A stretch of 56,285 nucleotides of DNA, taken from positions 1 to 56,285 of the forward strand of contig JBJFGS010000027.1 of the NCBI GenBank assembly GCA_051892935.1. The letters are read 5' to 3'. The notes beneath the pieces were generated by a model, which saw only the letters and a list, made by a program, of their open reading frames with translations, did no database searches and was not told the origin of the DNA. The position numbers and the translations under genes are program-made. Every line of letters begins with the position of its first letter. Position 1 is the stretch's first letter. This stretch comes from Candidatus Coprovivens sp. (GTDB lineage Bacteria; Bacillota_I; Bacilli_A; RF39; UBA660). Of the stretch, positions 9,470 to 19,088 are shown one piece after another.

Positions 9470-12400
9470 ATGGATTTTTTGTCTGAATATTTTAAATATG
9501 AAAATGGATTAACTGTAAGTGGTTTAACTAAGGAGTTAAACGTTTTTTACGTGTTAGAATTATTTAATCGTGAAAATAAGAATATATTGGTATTGGCTAA
9601 TACTTTATATGAAGCAAATATGTATTATGATTCTTTGCATACATATACTGATGATGTTTGCTTATTTCCTATGGATGATTTTTTAACTAGTGTTGCCGTT
9701 GCTATTTCCCCTGATTTAAAAATTAAAAGATTAGAGACTTTGGATGTAATTAGAAGTGGAAAAAAGAAAATTGTAGTAACAAATTTAATGGGATATTTAA
9801 GATTTTTGCCTAATAAAAATGATTCTACTAATTTAGAGTTTAATTTAAGTTTGGGAAATAATGTTAAGAGGGATGAAATATTAGACATACTTGGGAAATA
9901 TGGTTATGTAAGAGAAAGTATTGTTACTACTACTGGTGAATTTGCAGTTAGAGGATATATTATTGATGTGTTTATTATAGATGAAGATCATCCTATTAGA
10001 ATTGAATTTTTTGGAGATGAAGTTGATTCCATTAGGTATTTTGATGAGAGTACACAATTATCTATTCGGGAAATAAAAGAAATTAAGATAAAGCCTTATA
10101 CTGAAGTTGAAAGCAATGATAATAGTAGTTTAGTTGATTATATGGAAGATCCTTTGGTAGTAATGATTAATAGAGATCAGATTGATCTAGCTTATGATAA
10201 GTTACTAAATGATATTACTGAATATAATGAAAATGAGAATATTTCCCAAAAACATATGTATGAAATGGATGATATTTCTTATAGTTATGTTATTTATTTA
10301 AATAGTATTGGCGATACTGAATTTGGGAAATATTTAGGTTATAAGTCACAGGAAATAGAGAATTTTAATAGTGATTTTGAACTACTTGGGAAATATTGTG
10401 AAAAACAAATTAGTAATAGAAAAACTGTTATATTATGTTTAACTAGGGATAATCAATTAAGAAGTTTAGAACCATTTTTACCTAGTTATAATATTGTTGA
10501 TAATTATAAAGTTATAAACAATGAAATTAATATTTTGTATAAAAAAATTAATCAGGGATTTGTTTTTGAAAACTATGTTGTTATATCTGATTCTGATATC
10601 GAAAAAGTAAAAAATGCTGTAATTAATTATAAGAATTCTTATCACGTGGGTAAGAAAATTAGAGATTTTGGTCAACTTGCTGTTGGGGATTATGTTGTGC
10701 ATAGTGCTCATGGTATTGGTATTTATAATGGTGTTATTACGTTAACTAAAAATGGATTAAAGAAAGATTATATTCAAATTAATTATGCTGGTAATGATAA
10801 GATTTATATTCCAGTTGAAAATATTAGTACAATATTTAAGTATGCTGGCAAGGAAGGATCAATGCCTAAGTTAGATAAATTAAATAGTACTAGTTGGGTA
10901 AAAAAGAAGAGAGAATTGCGAAATAAGATTAAAGATATTAGCAGTGAATTAATTAAGTTATATGCTGCTCGTAGTAGTGTTAAAGGTACACCATTTAAAG
11001 ATTATGCAGAAGAAGCTGTATTTGGTTCTGAATTTGTTTATCAAGAAACTATTGATCAATTAAAAGCTATAGAAGATATTGATAGAGATTTAAGTAGTGA
11101 AGTTCCAATGGATAGATTGTTATGTGGGGATGTTGGATTTGGTAAGACAGAGGTAGCTTTTAGAGCAATGTTTAAAACAATAGTTAATAATAAGCAGGTT
11201 TTTTATCTATGTCCAACAACAATTCTTTCAAAACAGCAATATGAGAATGCATTAGAGAGATTTAAGAATTATCCAATAGAGATAGCTTTATTAAATAGAT
11301 TTACTACTCCTAAAGAGACTAAGAGAATTTTGGAAGGATTAGAAAAAGGAACAATTGATTTAGTATTTGGTACTCATAGATTGCTATCTTCAGATGTTAA
11401 ATTTTCAAAGTTGGGATTGTTAATAGTAGATGAGGAACAAAGATTTGGTGTTACTCATAAAGAAAAGATAAAAGAATATAAAAATGATGTTAATGTACTT
11501 ACTTTAAGTGCTACTCCTATTCCTAGAACATTAAAAATGGCTTTAAGTGGCTTAAGGGATTTATCTATTATAGATACTCCTCCAACAAATAGGTATCCTG
11601 TGCAAACTTATGTTATTCAAGATAATGATTTAATAGTTAAAGATGCTATTTATAAAGAGTTGTCTAGAAATGGTCAAATATTTGTTTTATATAATAAGGT
11701 TGCTTCAATTGAAAGTAAAAAGGAACAATTGCATAGATTAGTTCCAGAAGCAAGAATTACTATTGCTCATGGTCAAATGAGTAAAAAAGAATTAGAAGAT
11801 GTAATGGAGTCTTTTATTAATTATGAATATGATATATTATTATGTACTACGATAATTGAGACAGGAATTGATATTAGTAACGCAAATACATTGATTATAT
11901 ATGATGCCGATTGTTTTGGTTTGTCGCAGTTGTATCAGTTACGTGGACGTGTAGGTAGAAGTAATAGAATAGCTTATGCATATTTAATGTATGATAAGAG
12001 TAAGATGTTAAACGATGTTGCAGTTAAAAGATTACAAGCTATTAAGGAATTTACTGAATTAGGTAGTGGGTATAGAATTGCTATGAGAGATTTATCTATT
12101 CGTGGAGCAGGAGATTTACTTGGTTCGGAACAAGCTGGTTTTGTTGATACTGTTGGTATTGAGTTATATATGCAGATGATTGAAGAAGAAATGCGTCGTA
12201 TGAAAGGGGAACTAGTTGAGGATGATGATGAAGAAGAAGATAATACTTCAAATAGATCTCTTGTTGAAGTAGAAACTCATATTAGTGATGATTATGTATC
12301 TGATGAAGATATAAAAATTGAAATTCATAAAAAGATTAACGAGATTGATGGTTATAAAAAATTACTTGAGATAAAACATGAATTAGAAGATAGATTTGGA

Positions 12401-12709
12401 AAAATAAGTAAGACTATGGAAATATATATGTTTGAAGAATGGTTTGAGAAACAAGCTAAAGAGTTAGGCATTACTAATGTAAGACAAAATGAAAGAGAAA
12501 TAGAAATTGAATTACCTAAAGAATTGTCTAGTAAGATAGAGGGCGATAAGTTCTTTATTAAAGCTTATAATATAAATCCTAGATTTAGACTTAAATACTT
12601 ACATGAACATGTTATAATAGCTTTAACATTACTTAATCAAAAAGAACATTTCTTATATTATGTAGTTCCACTAATGGAAGAAATTCTAAATGAAGTAAAA
12701 GATAAATAG
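9470..12709 (+). CDS. mfd: Transcription-repair coupling factor
   Basis: UvrB-like N-terminus, CarD-like RID (GDYVVH..HGIG), GDVGFGKT, DEEQRFG, QLRGRVGR, TRCF C-terminus. Confidence 0.97.
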   Translation: MDFLSEYFKYENGLTVSGLTKELNVFYVLELFNRENKNILVLANTLYEANMYYDSLHTYTDDVCLFPMDDFLTSVAVAISPDLKIKRLETLDVIRSGKKKIVVTNLMGYLRFLPNKNDSTNLEFNLSLGNNVKRDEILDILGKYGYVRESIVTTTGEFAVRGYIIDVFIIDEDHPIRIEFFGDEVDSIRYFDESTQLSIREIKEIKIKPYTEVESNDNSSLVDYMEDPLVVMINRDQIDLAYDKLLNDITEYNENENISQKHMYEMDDISYSYVIYLNSIGDTEFGKYLGYKSQEIENFNSDFELLGKYCEKQISNRKTVILCLTRDNQLRSLEPFLPSYNIVDNYKVINNEINILYKKINQGFVFENYVVISDSDIEKVKNAVINYKNSYHVGKKIRDFGQLAVGDYVVHSAHGIGIYNGVITLTKNGLKKDYIQINYAGNDKIYIPVENISTIFKYAGKEGSMPKLDKLNSTSWVKKKRELRNKIKDISSELIKLYAARSSVKGTPFKDYAEEAVFGSEFVYQETIDQLKAIEDIDRDLSSEVPMDRLLCGDVGFGKTEVAFRAMFKTIVNNKQVFYLCPTTILSKQQYENALERFKNYPIEIALLNRFTTPKETKRILEGLEKGTIDLVFGTHRLLSSDVKFSKLGLLIVDEEQRFGVTHKEKIKEYKNDVNVLTLSATPIPRTLKMALSGLRDLSIIDTPPTNRYPVQTYVIQDNDLIVKDAIYKELSRNGQIFVLYNKVASIESKKEQLHRLVPEARITIAHGQMSKKELEDVMESFINYEYDILLCTTIIETGIDISNANTLIIYDADCFGLSQLYQLRGRVGRSNRIAYAYLMYDKSKMLNDVAVKRLQAIKEFTELGSGYRIAMRDLSIRGAGDLLGSEQAGFVDTVGIELYMQMIEEEMRRMKGELVEDDDEEEDNTSNRSLVEVETHISDDYVSDEDIKIEIHKKINEIDGYKKLLEIKHELEDRFGKISKTMEIYMFEEWFEKQAKELGITNVRQNEREIEIELPKELSSKIEGDKFFIKAYNINPRFRLKYLHEHVIIALTLLNQKEHFLYYVVPLMEEILNEVKDK

Positions 12710-12733
12710 GCAACAATATGTTGTCTATTTTTT
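12704..12733 (+). terminator. Rho-independent terminator after mfd
   Basis: AAATAGGCAACA-ata-TGTTGTCTATTT followed by T run. Confidence 0.75.
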
Positions 12734-12808
12734 GATATACTGTGTAAGTATAATCTTGTATTATAATCATTTGTGTGTTATTATTTATTTAATAGAGGAG
12801 TGTGTTTT

Positions 12809-13054
12809 ATGAGTAAAGATGAAAAGTTTGAAAGAGCTGAATATGGTTGGCTTGCAAAATTATGGATGTTTTTAGCAGGTTTTACTAATGTTTTTTTAGG
12901 GTATGCTTTTTATTATGCAATGTATAATACAGATAGAGAAGTAGCTTTAAAATTTAGAGCAGGAGCTAATGCTGCAATTATTTTAGGAATAATTATGTTT
13001 GTTTTGGGTTTTGTTCTTGGAGTTATTGGATACGAAGTGCCAATTTTAAATTAA
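12809..13054 (+). CDS. Small two-TM membrane protein, unknown function
   Basis: RBS GAGGAG before ATG 12809; two hydrophobic helices. Confidence 0.7.
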   Translation: MSKDEKFERAEYGWLAKLWMFLAGFTNVFLGYAFYYAMYNTDREVALKFRAGANAAIILGIIMFVLGFVLGVIGYEVPILN

Positions 13055-13279
13055 TTGTAAATGTTTTTTATTTTTTGATGATAATAATTAGTTATTATTT
13101 GATTGATTTTAGAAAGAAATCTTTATAAAATAAATCTGTATAGGATATATATTCTATATGGATTTTTAATTTTATTTATTATTCTTTTTTATATTTATAA
13201 TAGTTTTTTAATTAGGCATTTATAATTTTTACATAATACTTTTTATTTGGGAAATAATAATAGTGAAATGGAGAGTATT

Positions 13280-13783
13280 ATGAAAGAAATTAATTTTGTA
13301 AAGAATATTGATAATCTAGGTAGAATAGTAATTCCTATGGATATTAGACGTAAGTTACAAATAAATACAGGTGATGTTCTTAGTATTACTTGTAATGATA
13401 AGAATATTATGTTAACTAAATATAGTAATCTAGATAATAATTATAAGATAGTTGAGATACTAAAATGTTTTGTTGAAAATTTTAATATTAAGGTTATATT
13501 AACTAATAAAGAATGTGTTATTTATTCAAATATAGTAAATGTAGGATCAAAATTAGATAATCAAGTTAAACTATTAGTTAAGAATGCCTCAACATTAAAA
13601 AATCAAAATTTAGCTTATGTATTTGGTGAAAATAAAGTATCTGGAATTTATAATATGTTACCTGTTGTAACTAATGAAGGAATAGAAGGAAGTATTATTG
13701 TATTTGGTGATGAATCTGAGAAAGCCTATGAGATATGTATTCTTATTAGTAAGTTAATTATGTTAGAACTTAATATTACTTGA
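13280..13783 (+). CDS. spoVT: SpoVT-like regulator (AbrB DNA-binding domain plus GAF-like C-terminus)
   Basis: VKNIDNLGRIVIPMDIRRKLQI; C-terminal PVVTNEGIEGSIIV resembles SpoVT_C; follows mfd as in Bacillus. Confidence 0.7.
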   Translation: MKEINFVKNIDNLGRIVIPMDIRRKLQINTGDVLSITCNDKNIMLTKYSNLDNNYKIVEILKCFVENFNIKVILTNKECVIYSNIVNVGSKLDNQVKLLVKNASTLKNQNLAYVFGENKVSGIYNMLPVVTNEGIEGSIIVFGDESEKAYEICILISKLIMLELNIT

Positions 13784-13820
13784 TTTAATAAAAAAATTGT
13801 GTTAAATTATCTCTATATTT

Positions 13821-14014
13821 AGCGATGAAGGAAAGAGTACCTTTGATAGTTTGTGTAGAGAGATTCTGTTTGGTGAAAAGAATTCTAAGTATTATTGGGA
13901 ATATGGCTCTGGAGCTGAAGCGTAGGTTTCGCGTTAAGAAATAAAGTGTATGTTAATTCATAAACTAAGGTGGTACCGCGGGTTTTACTCGTCCTTAGAT
14001 TATGAATTTTTTTT
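13821..14014 (+). promoter_or_regulatory. T-box leader RNA with Met (AUG) specifier
   Basis: GCGATGAAG, AGAGA box, GGTGAAA distal loop, GAAT-ATG-GCT specifier (13903-13905), T-box AAGGTGGTACCGCG (13967-13980) pairing with CGTCCTT; metG in downstream operon. Confidence 0.9.
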
Positions 14015-14030
14015 ATTAGGAAGTGATTAG

Positions 14031-14669
14031 ATGATTAAGAGAGTCTTGTTTGATTTAGACAGGACTTTGATTCCTTGGTTAGATGAATGGAATCAAATGG
14101 TAAAAAAGACTTATAATTATTTTGATATTCCTTATGAAGAAAATGAATATGAAAAATTTAACAAGGTTATGTTAAATTATGAAAGGTATCATAAAAGATT
14201 TAATAAAGTTGAAATGTCTAGATATTTTAAAAAAAATTTACAAAAAGATTTTCCTGATAGTTTTGTTGATATTTGGACTGGTTATTTAAAAGAATTGGTG
14301 CCAGAAAGAGATGAAAAGTTAATAAAATTGCTAGAATATTTAAGTAGTAAGTATTCTTTAGTTGTAGTATCTAATTGGTTTTATGATCAACAGGTTCGCA
14401 AACTTGAAAAATTTGGTATTTTAAAATATTTCGATGAAGTATTGACTTGTGATATGTATGATAAAAAGCCAAAACATGAAATGTTTGATAAAGCCTGTGA
14501 TGTTTTTACTAAAGATGAAATTGTAATGGTTGGAGATACTTATAAAACTGATATTAAATCTGCTATGGATTATGGATTGTTTTCTTATTATTTAACTCAG
14601 ACAGATAAGAAGAAAAGTAAGAAAATTCAAGTTATAAAGGATATATATGAATTAGAAAAATATTTATAG
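14031..14669 (+). CDS. HAD-superfamily hydrolase (YjjG-like nucleotidase)
   Basis: FDLDRTL motif I, VSN, KKP, MVGD..TDI. Confidence 0.88.
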   Translation: MIKRVLFDLDRTLIPWLDEWNQMVKKTYNYFDIPYEENEYEKFNKVMLNYERYHKRFNKVEMSRYFKKNLQKDFPDSFVDIWTGYLKELVPERDEKLIKLLEYLSSKYSLVVVSNWFYDQQVRKLEKFGILKYFDEVLTCDMYDKKPKHEMFDKACDVFTKDEIVMVGDTYKTDIKSAMDYGLFSYYLTQTDKKKSKKIQVIKDIYELEKYL

Positions 14670-14680
14670 GAGGTGTTTTT

Positions 14681-15154
14681 ATGAGAAAATTTGAAAAAAT
14701 ATCTTTTGAACAATTTAAGAAAGATATAAAAGATGATAAAATTTTATATGATAATTATAGATTACCTATAAGAAAAACTTCATCTTCCGCTGGATATGAT
14801 TTTTTGGCAATAGAACCAATTATTATTAAGCCAGGAGAGATAATAAAGATACCTACTGGAATAAAAGCCAAATTTCCTAAGAATGAGGCTTTAATGTTAT
14901 TTGTGAGAAGTAGCATGGGATTTAAATATAATGTACGGATGTGCAACCAAGTTGGTATTATAGATTCTGACTATTATAATAATAGTGATAATGAAGGACA
15001 TATGTGGTTTGCGTTACAAAATGAAGGAGATAAAGATTTTGTTTTAAATCCTGGTGATGGATTTGGTCAAGGATTATTTATGAGATATTATACTTGTGGT
15101 GATGAAGTAAATATGGAAAGAAAGGGTGGAATTGGTTCCACTAATAAGGAGTGA
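14681..15154 (+). CDS. dut: Trimeric dUTPase
   Basis: SAGYDF, IPTG, RSS.G, GIIDSDY, R.GGIGST motifs. Confidence 0.93.
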   Translation: MRKFEKISFEQFKKDIKDDKILYDNYRLPIRKTSSSAGYDFLAIEPIIIKPGEIIKIPTGIKAKFPKNEALMLFVRSSMGFKYNVRMCNQVGIIDSDYYNNSDNEGHMWFALQNEGDKDFVLNPGDGFGQGLFMRYYTCGDEVNMERKGGIGSTNKE

Positions 15155-15158
15155 TAAT

Positions 15159-16700
15159 ATGGAAAAAGAAAAATATTATATAAGTACAGCAATAGCTTAT
15201 ACATCTGGTAAGCCTCATATTGGAAATACATATGAAATTGTTTTAGCAGATGCCATAGCTAGATTTAAAAGATTACAAGGGTATGATGTTTATTTTCAGA
15301 CAGGTACTGATGAACATGGTGAAAAAATAGAGATAAAAGCAAAAGAAGCTGGTGTTAGTCCTCAAGAGTTTGTTGATGAAAAAGCAGCTGGAATAAAAGA
15401 AATATGGGATATAATGAATACTTCTTATGATAGATTTGTAAGAACTACAGATCCTCATCATAAAAAGGTAGTACAGCATATCTTTAAGTATATGTATGAT
15501 AAAGGAGATATTTATAAAGGTGAATATAAAGGGCTTTATTGTACTCCTTGTGAAAGTTTTTGGACAGAAAGTCAACTTGTAGATGGTAAGTGTCCTGATT
15601 GTGGAAGAGATGTTCAACCTAAGTGTGAGGAAGCTTATTTCTTTAAATTATCTAAATATCAAGATAGATTAGAAAAATATATAGAAGAACATCCGGAATT
15701 CATTCAACCAGTTGCTAGAAAAAATGAAATGATTAACAATTTTATTAAACCAGGATTGCAGGATTTATGTGTTTCTAGAACATCTTTTGATTGGGGAATA
15801 CCTGTTGATTTTGATGATAAACATGTTGTTTATGTTTGGTTAGATGCATTATCAAATTATATTACTAATATTGGATTTGATTTTGATGAAACAACTGAAG
15901 AATTTAAGTATAAATGGCCAGCTGATTTGCATTTGATTGGTAAAGATATTATTAGATTTCATACCATTTATTGGCCATGTTTCTTAATGAGTTTGGATTT
16001 GCCTTTACCAAAACAAGTATTTGGACATCCTTGGTTAATTATGGCTGATGGTAAAATGAGTAAATCTAAAGGAAATGTAATTTATGCAGATGATTTAGTT
16101 AATGAATTTGGTGTTGATGCAGTAAGATATTATTTATTACACGAGATTCCTTTTGCATCTGATGGAGTATTTACTAGAGATTTACTTATTGAAAGAATAA
16201 ATGGAGATTTAGTAAATATTTTAGGTAATCTTGTTAATAGAACAATAAGTATGGATAAAAAGTATTTTGATAATGTTATTCCAGAACATAATGTATATGA
16301 AGATATAGATAATGATTTAATTGATTCTGTGCTTTCTTTAGGAGAAAAAGTTACTGAAAAAATGAATGAATTAAAAGTTGGTGAATCATTACAAGAAATA
16401 TTTGATGTATTAAGAAAGTGTAATAAATATATAGATGATACAATGCCGTGGGCTTTAGCTAAAGATGAAGCTAAGAGAGAAAGATTGGCTACAGTTCTTT
16501 ATAATTTACTTGAAAGTATTAGAATTTGTGCTGTTTTATTAAGTCCTTTCTTAACAGATACATCTGAGAAAATATTTAGACAATTAAATACCCAAGTCAC
16601 TAGTTTAGAAAGTACTGAGACTTTTGGTGGATTAGAAGTGGGAAATATTTTAAATGATCCAATTCATTTATTTGATAGAATAGAAGTAAAAGAGCAGTAA
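15159..16700 (+). CDS. metG: Methionyl-tRNA synthetase (short form, no C-terminal OB domain)
   Basis: HIGN, GTDEHG, Zn knuckle, YVWLDAL, GKDI, KMSKS; Met T-box upstream. Confidence 0.97.
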   Translation: MEKEKYYISTAIAYTSGKPHIGNTYEIVLADAIARFKRLQGYDVYFQTGTDEHGEKIEIKAKEAGVSPQEFVDEKAAGIKEIWDIMNTSYDRFVRTTDPHHKKVVQHIFKYMYDKGDIYKGEYKGLYCTPCESFWTESQLVDGKCPDCGRDVQPKCEEAYFFKLSKYQDRLEKYIEEHPEFIQPVARKNEMINNFIKPGLQDLCVSRTSFDWGIPVDFDDKHVVYVWLDALSNYITNIGFDFDETTEEFKYKWPADLHLIGKDIIRFHTIYWPCFLMSLDLPLPKQVFGHPWLIMADGKMSKSKGNVIYADDLVNEFGVDAVRYYLLHEIPFASDGVFTRDLLIERINGDLVNILGNLVNRTISMDKKYFDNVIPEHNVYEDIDNDLIDSVLSLGEKVTEKMNELKVGESLQEIFDVLRKCNKYIDDTMPWALAKDEAKRERLATVLYNLLESIRICAVLLSPFLTDTSEKIFRQLNTQVTSLESTETFGGLEVGNILNDPIHLFDRIEVKEQ

Positions 16701-16712
16701 TTGCTCTTTTTT
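16688..16712 (+). terminator. Terminator after metG
   Basis: AAAAGAGCA-gtaat-TGCTCTTTT followed by T run. Confidence 0.7.
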
Positions 16713-16727
16713 ATTTCCTGGGAAATA
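16712..16727. promoter_or_regulatory. NBS-like palindrome, second copy
   Basis: TATTTCCTGGGAAATA, identical to 3007-3022. Confidence 0.7.
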
Positions 16728-16751
16728 ATTTGTTGTTTTATTTAGTTAGTG

Positions 16752-16798
16752 AACTATTATATTTCCCAAGTAAAAAAGATTTGGGAAATATAATAGTT
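16752..16798. repeat. Perfect 18-bp inverted repeat containing NBS half-sites
   Basis: AACTATTATATTTCCCAA-N11-TTGGGAAATATAATAGTT. Confidence 0.85.
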
Positions 16799-16846
16799 GT
16801 ATTTAAGTAAATCTGATAATTTGATATAATTAGTTGGGTGATTATT

Positions 16847-17596
16847 ATGTTTACCGATACGCATTCTCATATATATGGGGAATATTATGATGATTTAGAT
16901 GAAATAATAAAAAAGATTTATGATAATCAAGTAAATCGAGTTATTAATAATGGATGTGATGCTAAATCGAATAAAGAAGTTTTAGAGTTAATTGAGAAGT
17001 ATGATTTAATGTATGGAGCAATAGGAATACATCCTGAAAGTGTTGATTCTTATACGGAAGAAGATTTAAATTTTATAGAAGAACATATTAATGATGATAA
17101 AGTAGTTGCTGTTGGTGAGATAGGATTAGATTATTATTGGACGAAAGATAACAAAGAGAAACAAAAGGAATTATTTGAATATCAACTTAAGCTAGCGGAA
17201 CGTGTTAATAAACCGGTAATTATCCACAGTAGAGAAGCTACTCAAGATACTATCGAAATACTTGGAAAACATAATGTTCGAGGTGTTATACATAGTTTTA
17301 GTGGTAGTTATGAAACTGCTTGTATTTATATTAAGATGGGATTTTTGCTTGGAATAAATGGAGTTATTACTTTTAAAAATTGTAATTTAAAAGAAGTTAT
17401 AAAAAGAATAAATTTGAGTAATATTGTTTTAGAAACTGACTCACCTTATTTAACTCCTGTTCCTTATAGAGGCAAGAAAAATGATTCATCACATATTATT
17501 GATATTGCTCAATTTATTTGTGATTTAAAAGAATGTAGTATGGAAGAATTATCCAAGGAAACTAATGGTAATATAATGAGGTGTTTTGACATTTAG
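16847..17596 (+). CDS. tatD: TatD family DNase
   Basis: DTHSH, GIHP, GEIGLDY, HSREA, HSFSG, ETDSPY. Confidence 0.95.
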   Translation: MFTDTHSHIYGEYYDDLDEIIKKIYDNQVNRVINNGCDAKSNKEVLELIEKYDLMYGAIGIHPESVDSYTEEDLNFIEEHINDDKVVAVGEIGLDYYWTKDNKEKQKELFEYQLKLAERVNKPVIIHSREATQDTIEILGKHNVRGVIHSFSGSYETACIYIKMGFLLGINGVITFKNCNLKEVIKRINLSNIVLETDSPYLTPVPYRGKKNDSSHIIDIAQFICDLKECSMEELSKETNGNIMRCFDI

Positions 17597-17641
17597 GTAT
17601 TCCTGTGCTAGTATAAGTTTCATCTTTTAGAGGTGAAATTT

Positions 17642-18217
17642 ATGAAAAGTGAATCCTGGATAAAGATGGGGTTTAAAATATTGAAATTGATTATATTAAT
17701 ATTATTTATTGGTGTTATGTTTTATTCAAGTTCAAATACTAAGAAATATTATTTATTAGATAATTATGATTTTAGTCAGGAATTAGGTGTGAGTACTGTT
17801 GCTACTAAGAATGAAGAAGAAAAACCAAAACCTGTTGAAGTTTCTAAAGAAAATACTAATGTATTAGGTGCTAATAAATATAAAGGAGATTTAACAGGTT
17901 ATGCAGCTGATTGTCCTGCTTGCAATGGAACTCTTGCTTGTAAACCTAAGTATGATGTATATAAAAACGGAGTTGTGACATATCCTGATACAACTTATGG
18001 TGATGTTAGAATAGTTGCTTCTTCTAAAAATTTGAAATGTGGAAGTATTATTAAATTTAATCTTAAAACGATTTCTAGTGAATCAGTATATGCTATAGTG
18101 TTAGACAGAGGAGTATTGGGTACTGACATAGATTTATTAGTTGAAACAGAGTCTTTAGCTAGTAAAATTGTTGGAAGAAGAACTACTACTTATGAGGTTT
18201 TAAGATCTGGATGGTAA
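17642..18217 (+). CDS. Membrane-anchored 3D-domain protein (YabE-position lytic transglycosylase-like)
   Basis: N-terminal TM; LTGY, RIVA, LDRG, IDLL 3D-domain pattern; between tatD and rsmA like yabE. Confidence 0.7.
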   Translation: MKSESWIKMGFKILKLIILILFIGVMFYSSSNTKKYYLLDNYDFSQELGVSTVATKNEEEKPKPVEVSKENTNVLGANKYKGDLTGYAADCPACNGTLACKPKYDVYKNGVVTYPDTTYGDVRIVASSKNLKCGSIIKFNLKTISSESVYAIVLDRGVLGTDIDLLVETESLASKIVGRRTTTYEVLRSGW

Positions 18218-18237
18218 TTATGTAAGGAGAAAATAAA

Positions 18238-19026
18238 ATGGGTGAATTTAAGCATAAACATAGTTTAGGTCAAAATTTTTTAAAAGATAAAAAAGTATTA
18301 ACTAAAATAATTGATTCTGTTGATGTTAAAGAGAATGATTTAATAATTGAGGTTGGCCCTGGACAAGGAGCTTTAACTAGGTATTTAAAGTTATTTAAAG
18401 CAAATTTAAGATGTTTTGAAGTTGACTATAGAGTAAAGAAGTATTTAGATAATTTTGAAGATAATAAAACTAAAATAATATACAAAGACTTTTTAAAAGT
18501 TGACTTAGCTGATGAAATAAAAGATATTGATTATAATAATTTATATGTAGTAGCTAATTTACCATACTATATTACTACTCCTATAATTGAAAAAATGATT
18601 AATAGTTCTCTTGACGTTAAAGCAATGGTTTTAATGGTTCAAAATGAAGTAGCTGATAGATTAAGTGCAAAATGTGGAAATAGAGAATATGGTGCTATTA
18701 CTGTTTATTTAAATTATTTTTATAATGTGGATAAGTTGTTTTTTGTTCACAGATCTGCTTTTGAGCCAGTACCTAATGTTGATAGTGCTGTAATTAAATT
18801 GGAAAAAAGAGAAAACAATTTTGAATTAATTAATAAAGATTTTTTCTTTAAGTTAGTTAAAGATTCTTTTGCAATGAAACGTAAAAACATTAGAAATAAT
18901 TTAAAGAGTTATGATTTAAATGTTATTAGTAGTGTTTTGGGCAATTATGGATTAGATTTAAGTTGCAGAGCAGAGCAAATTTCTTTAGAATGTTTTGTTG
19001 ATTTAGCTAATGAATTAAGTAAGTAG
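18238..19026 (+). CDS. rsmA: 16S rRNA dimethyladenosine transferase
   Basis: LGQNFL, EVGPGQG, ANLPYYITTP, P.PNVDS. Confidence 0.97.
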   Translation: MGEFKHKHSLGQNFLKDKKVLTKIIDSVDVKENDLIIEVGPGQGALTRYLKLFKANLRCFEVDYRVKKYLDNFEDNKTKIIYKDFLKVDLADEIKDIDYNNLYVVANLPYYITTPIIEKMINSSLDVKAMVLMVQNEVADRLSAKCGNREYGAITVYLNYFYNVDKLFFVHRSAFEPVPNVDSAVIKLEKRENNFELINKDFFFKLVKDSFAMKRKNIRNNLKSYDLNVISSVLGNYGLDLSCRAEQISLECFVDLANELSK

Positions 19027-19088
19027 AAATACTTATTTTTTTTGTAATAAATTTTTGATTGTTGTCATACTTTGTTTTAGGTGATAAT

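Noticed and set aside
2021-18734. Isolated DnaA boxes (2021 in gyrA, 17220 in tatD, 18726 in rsmA) as oriC
   Set aside because: Single, coding-embedded and unclustered; dnaA and oriC would lie upstream of gyrB, outside the window
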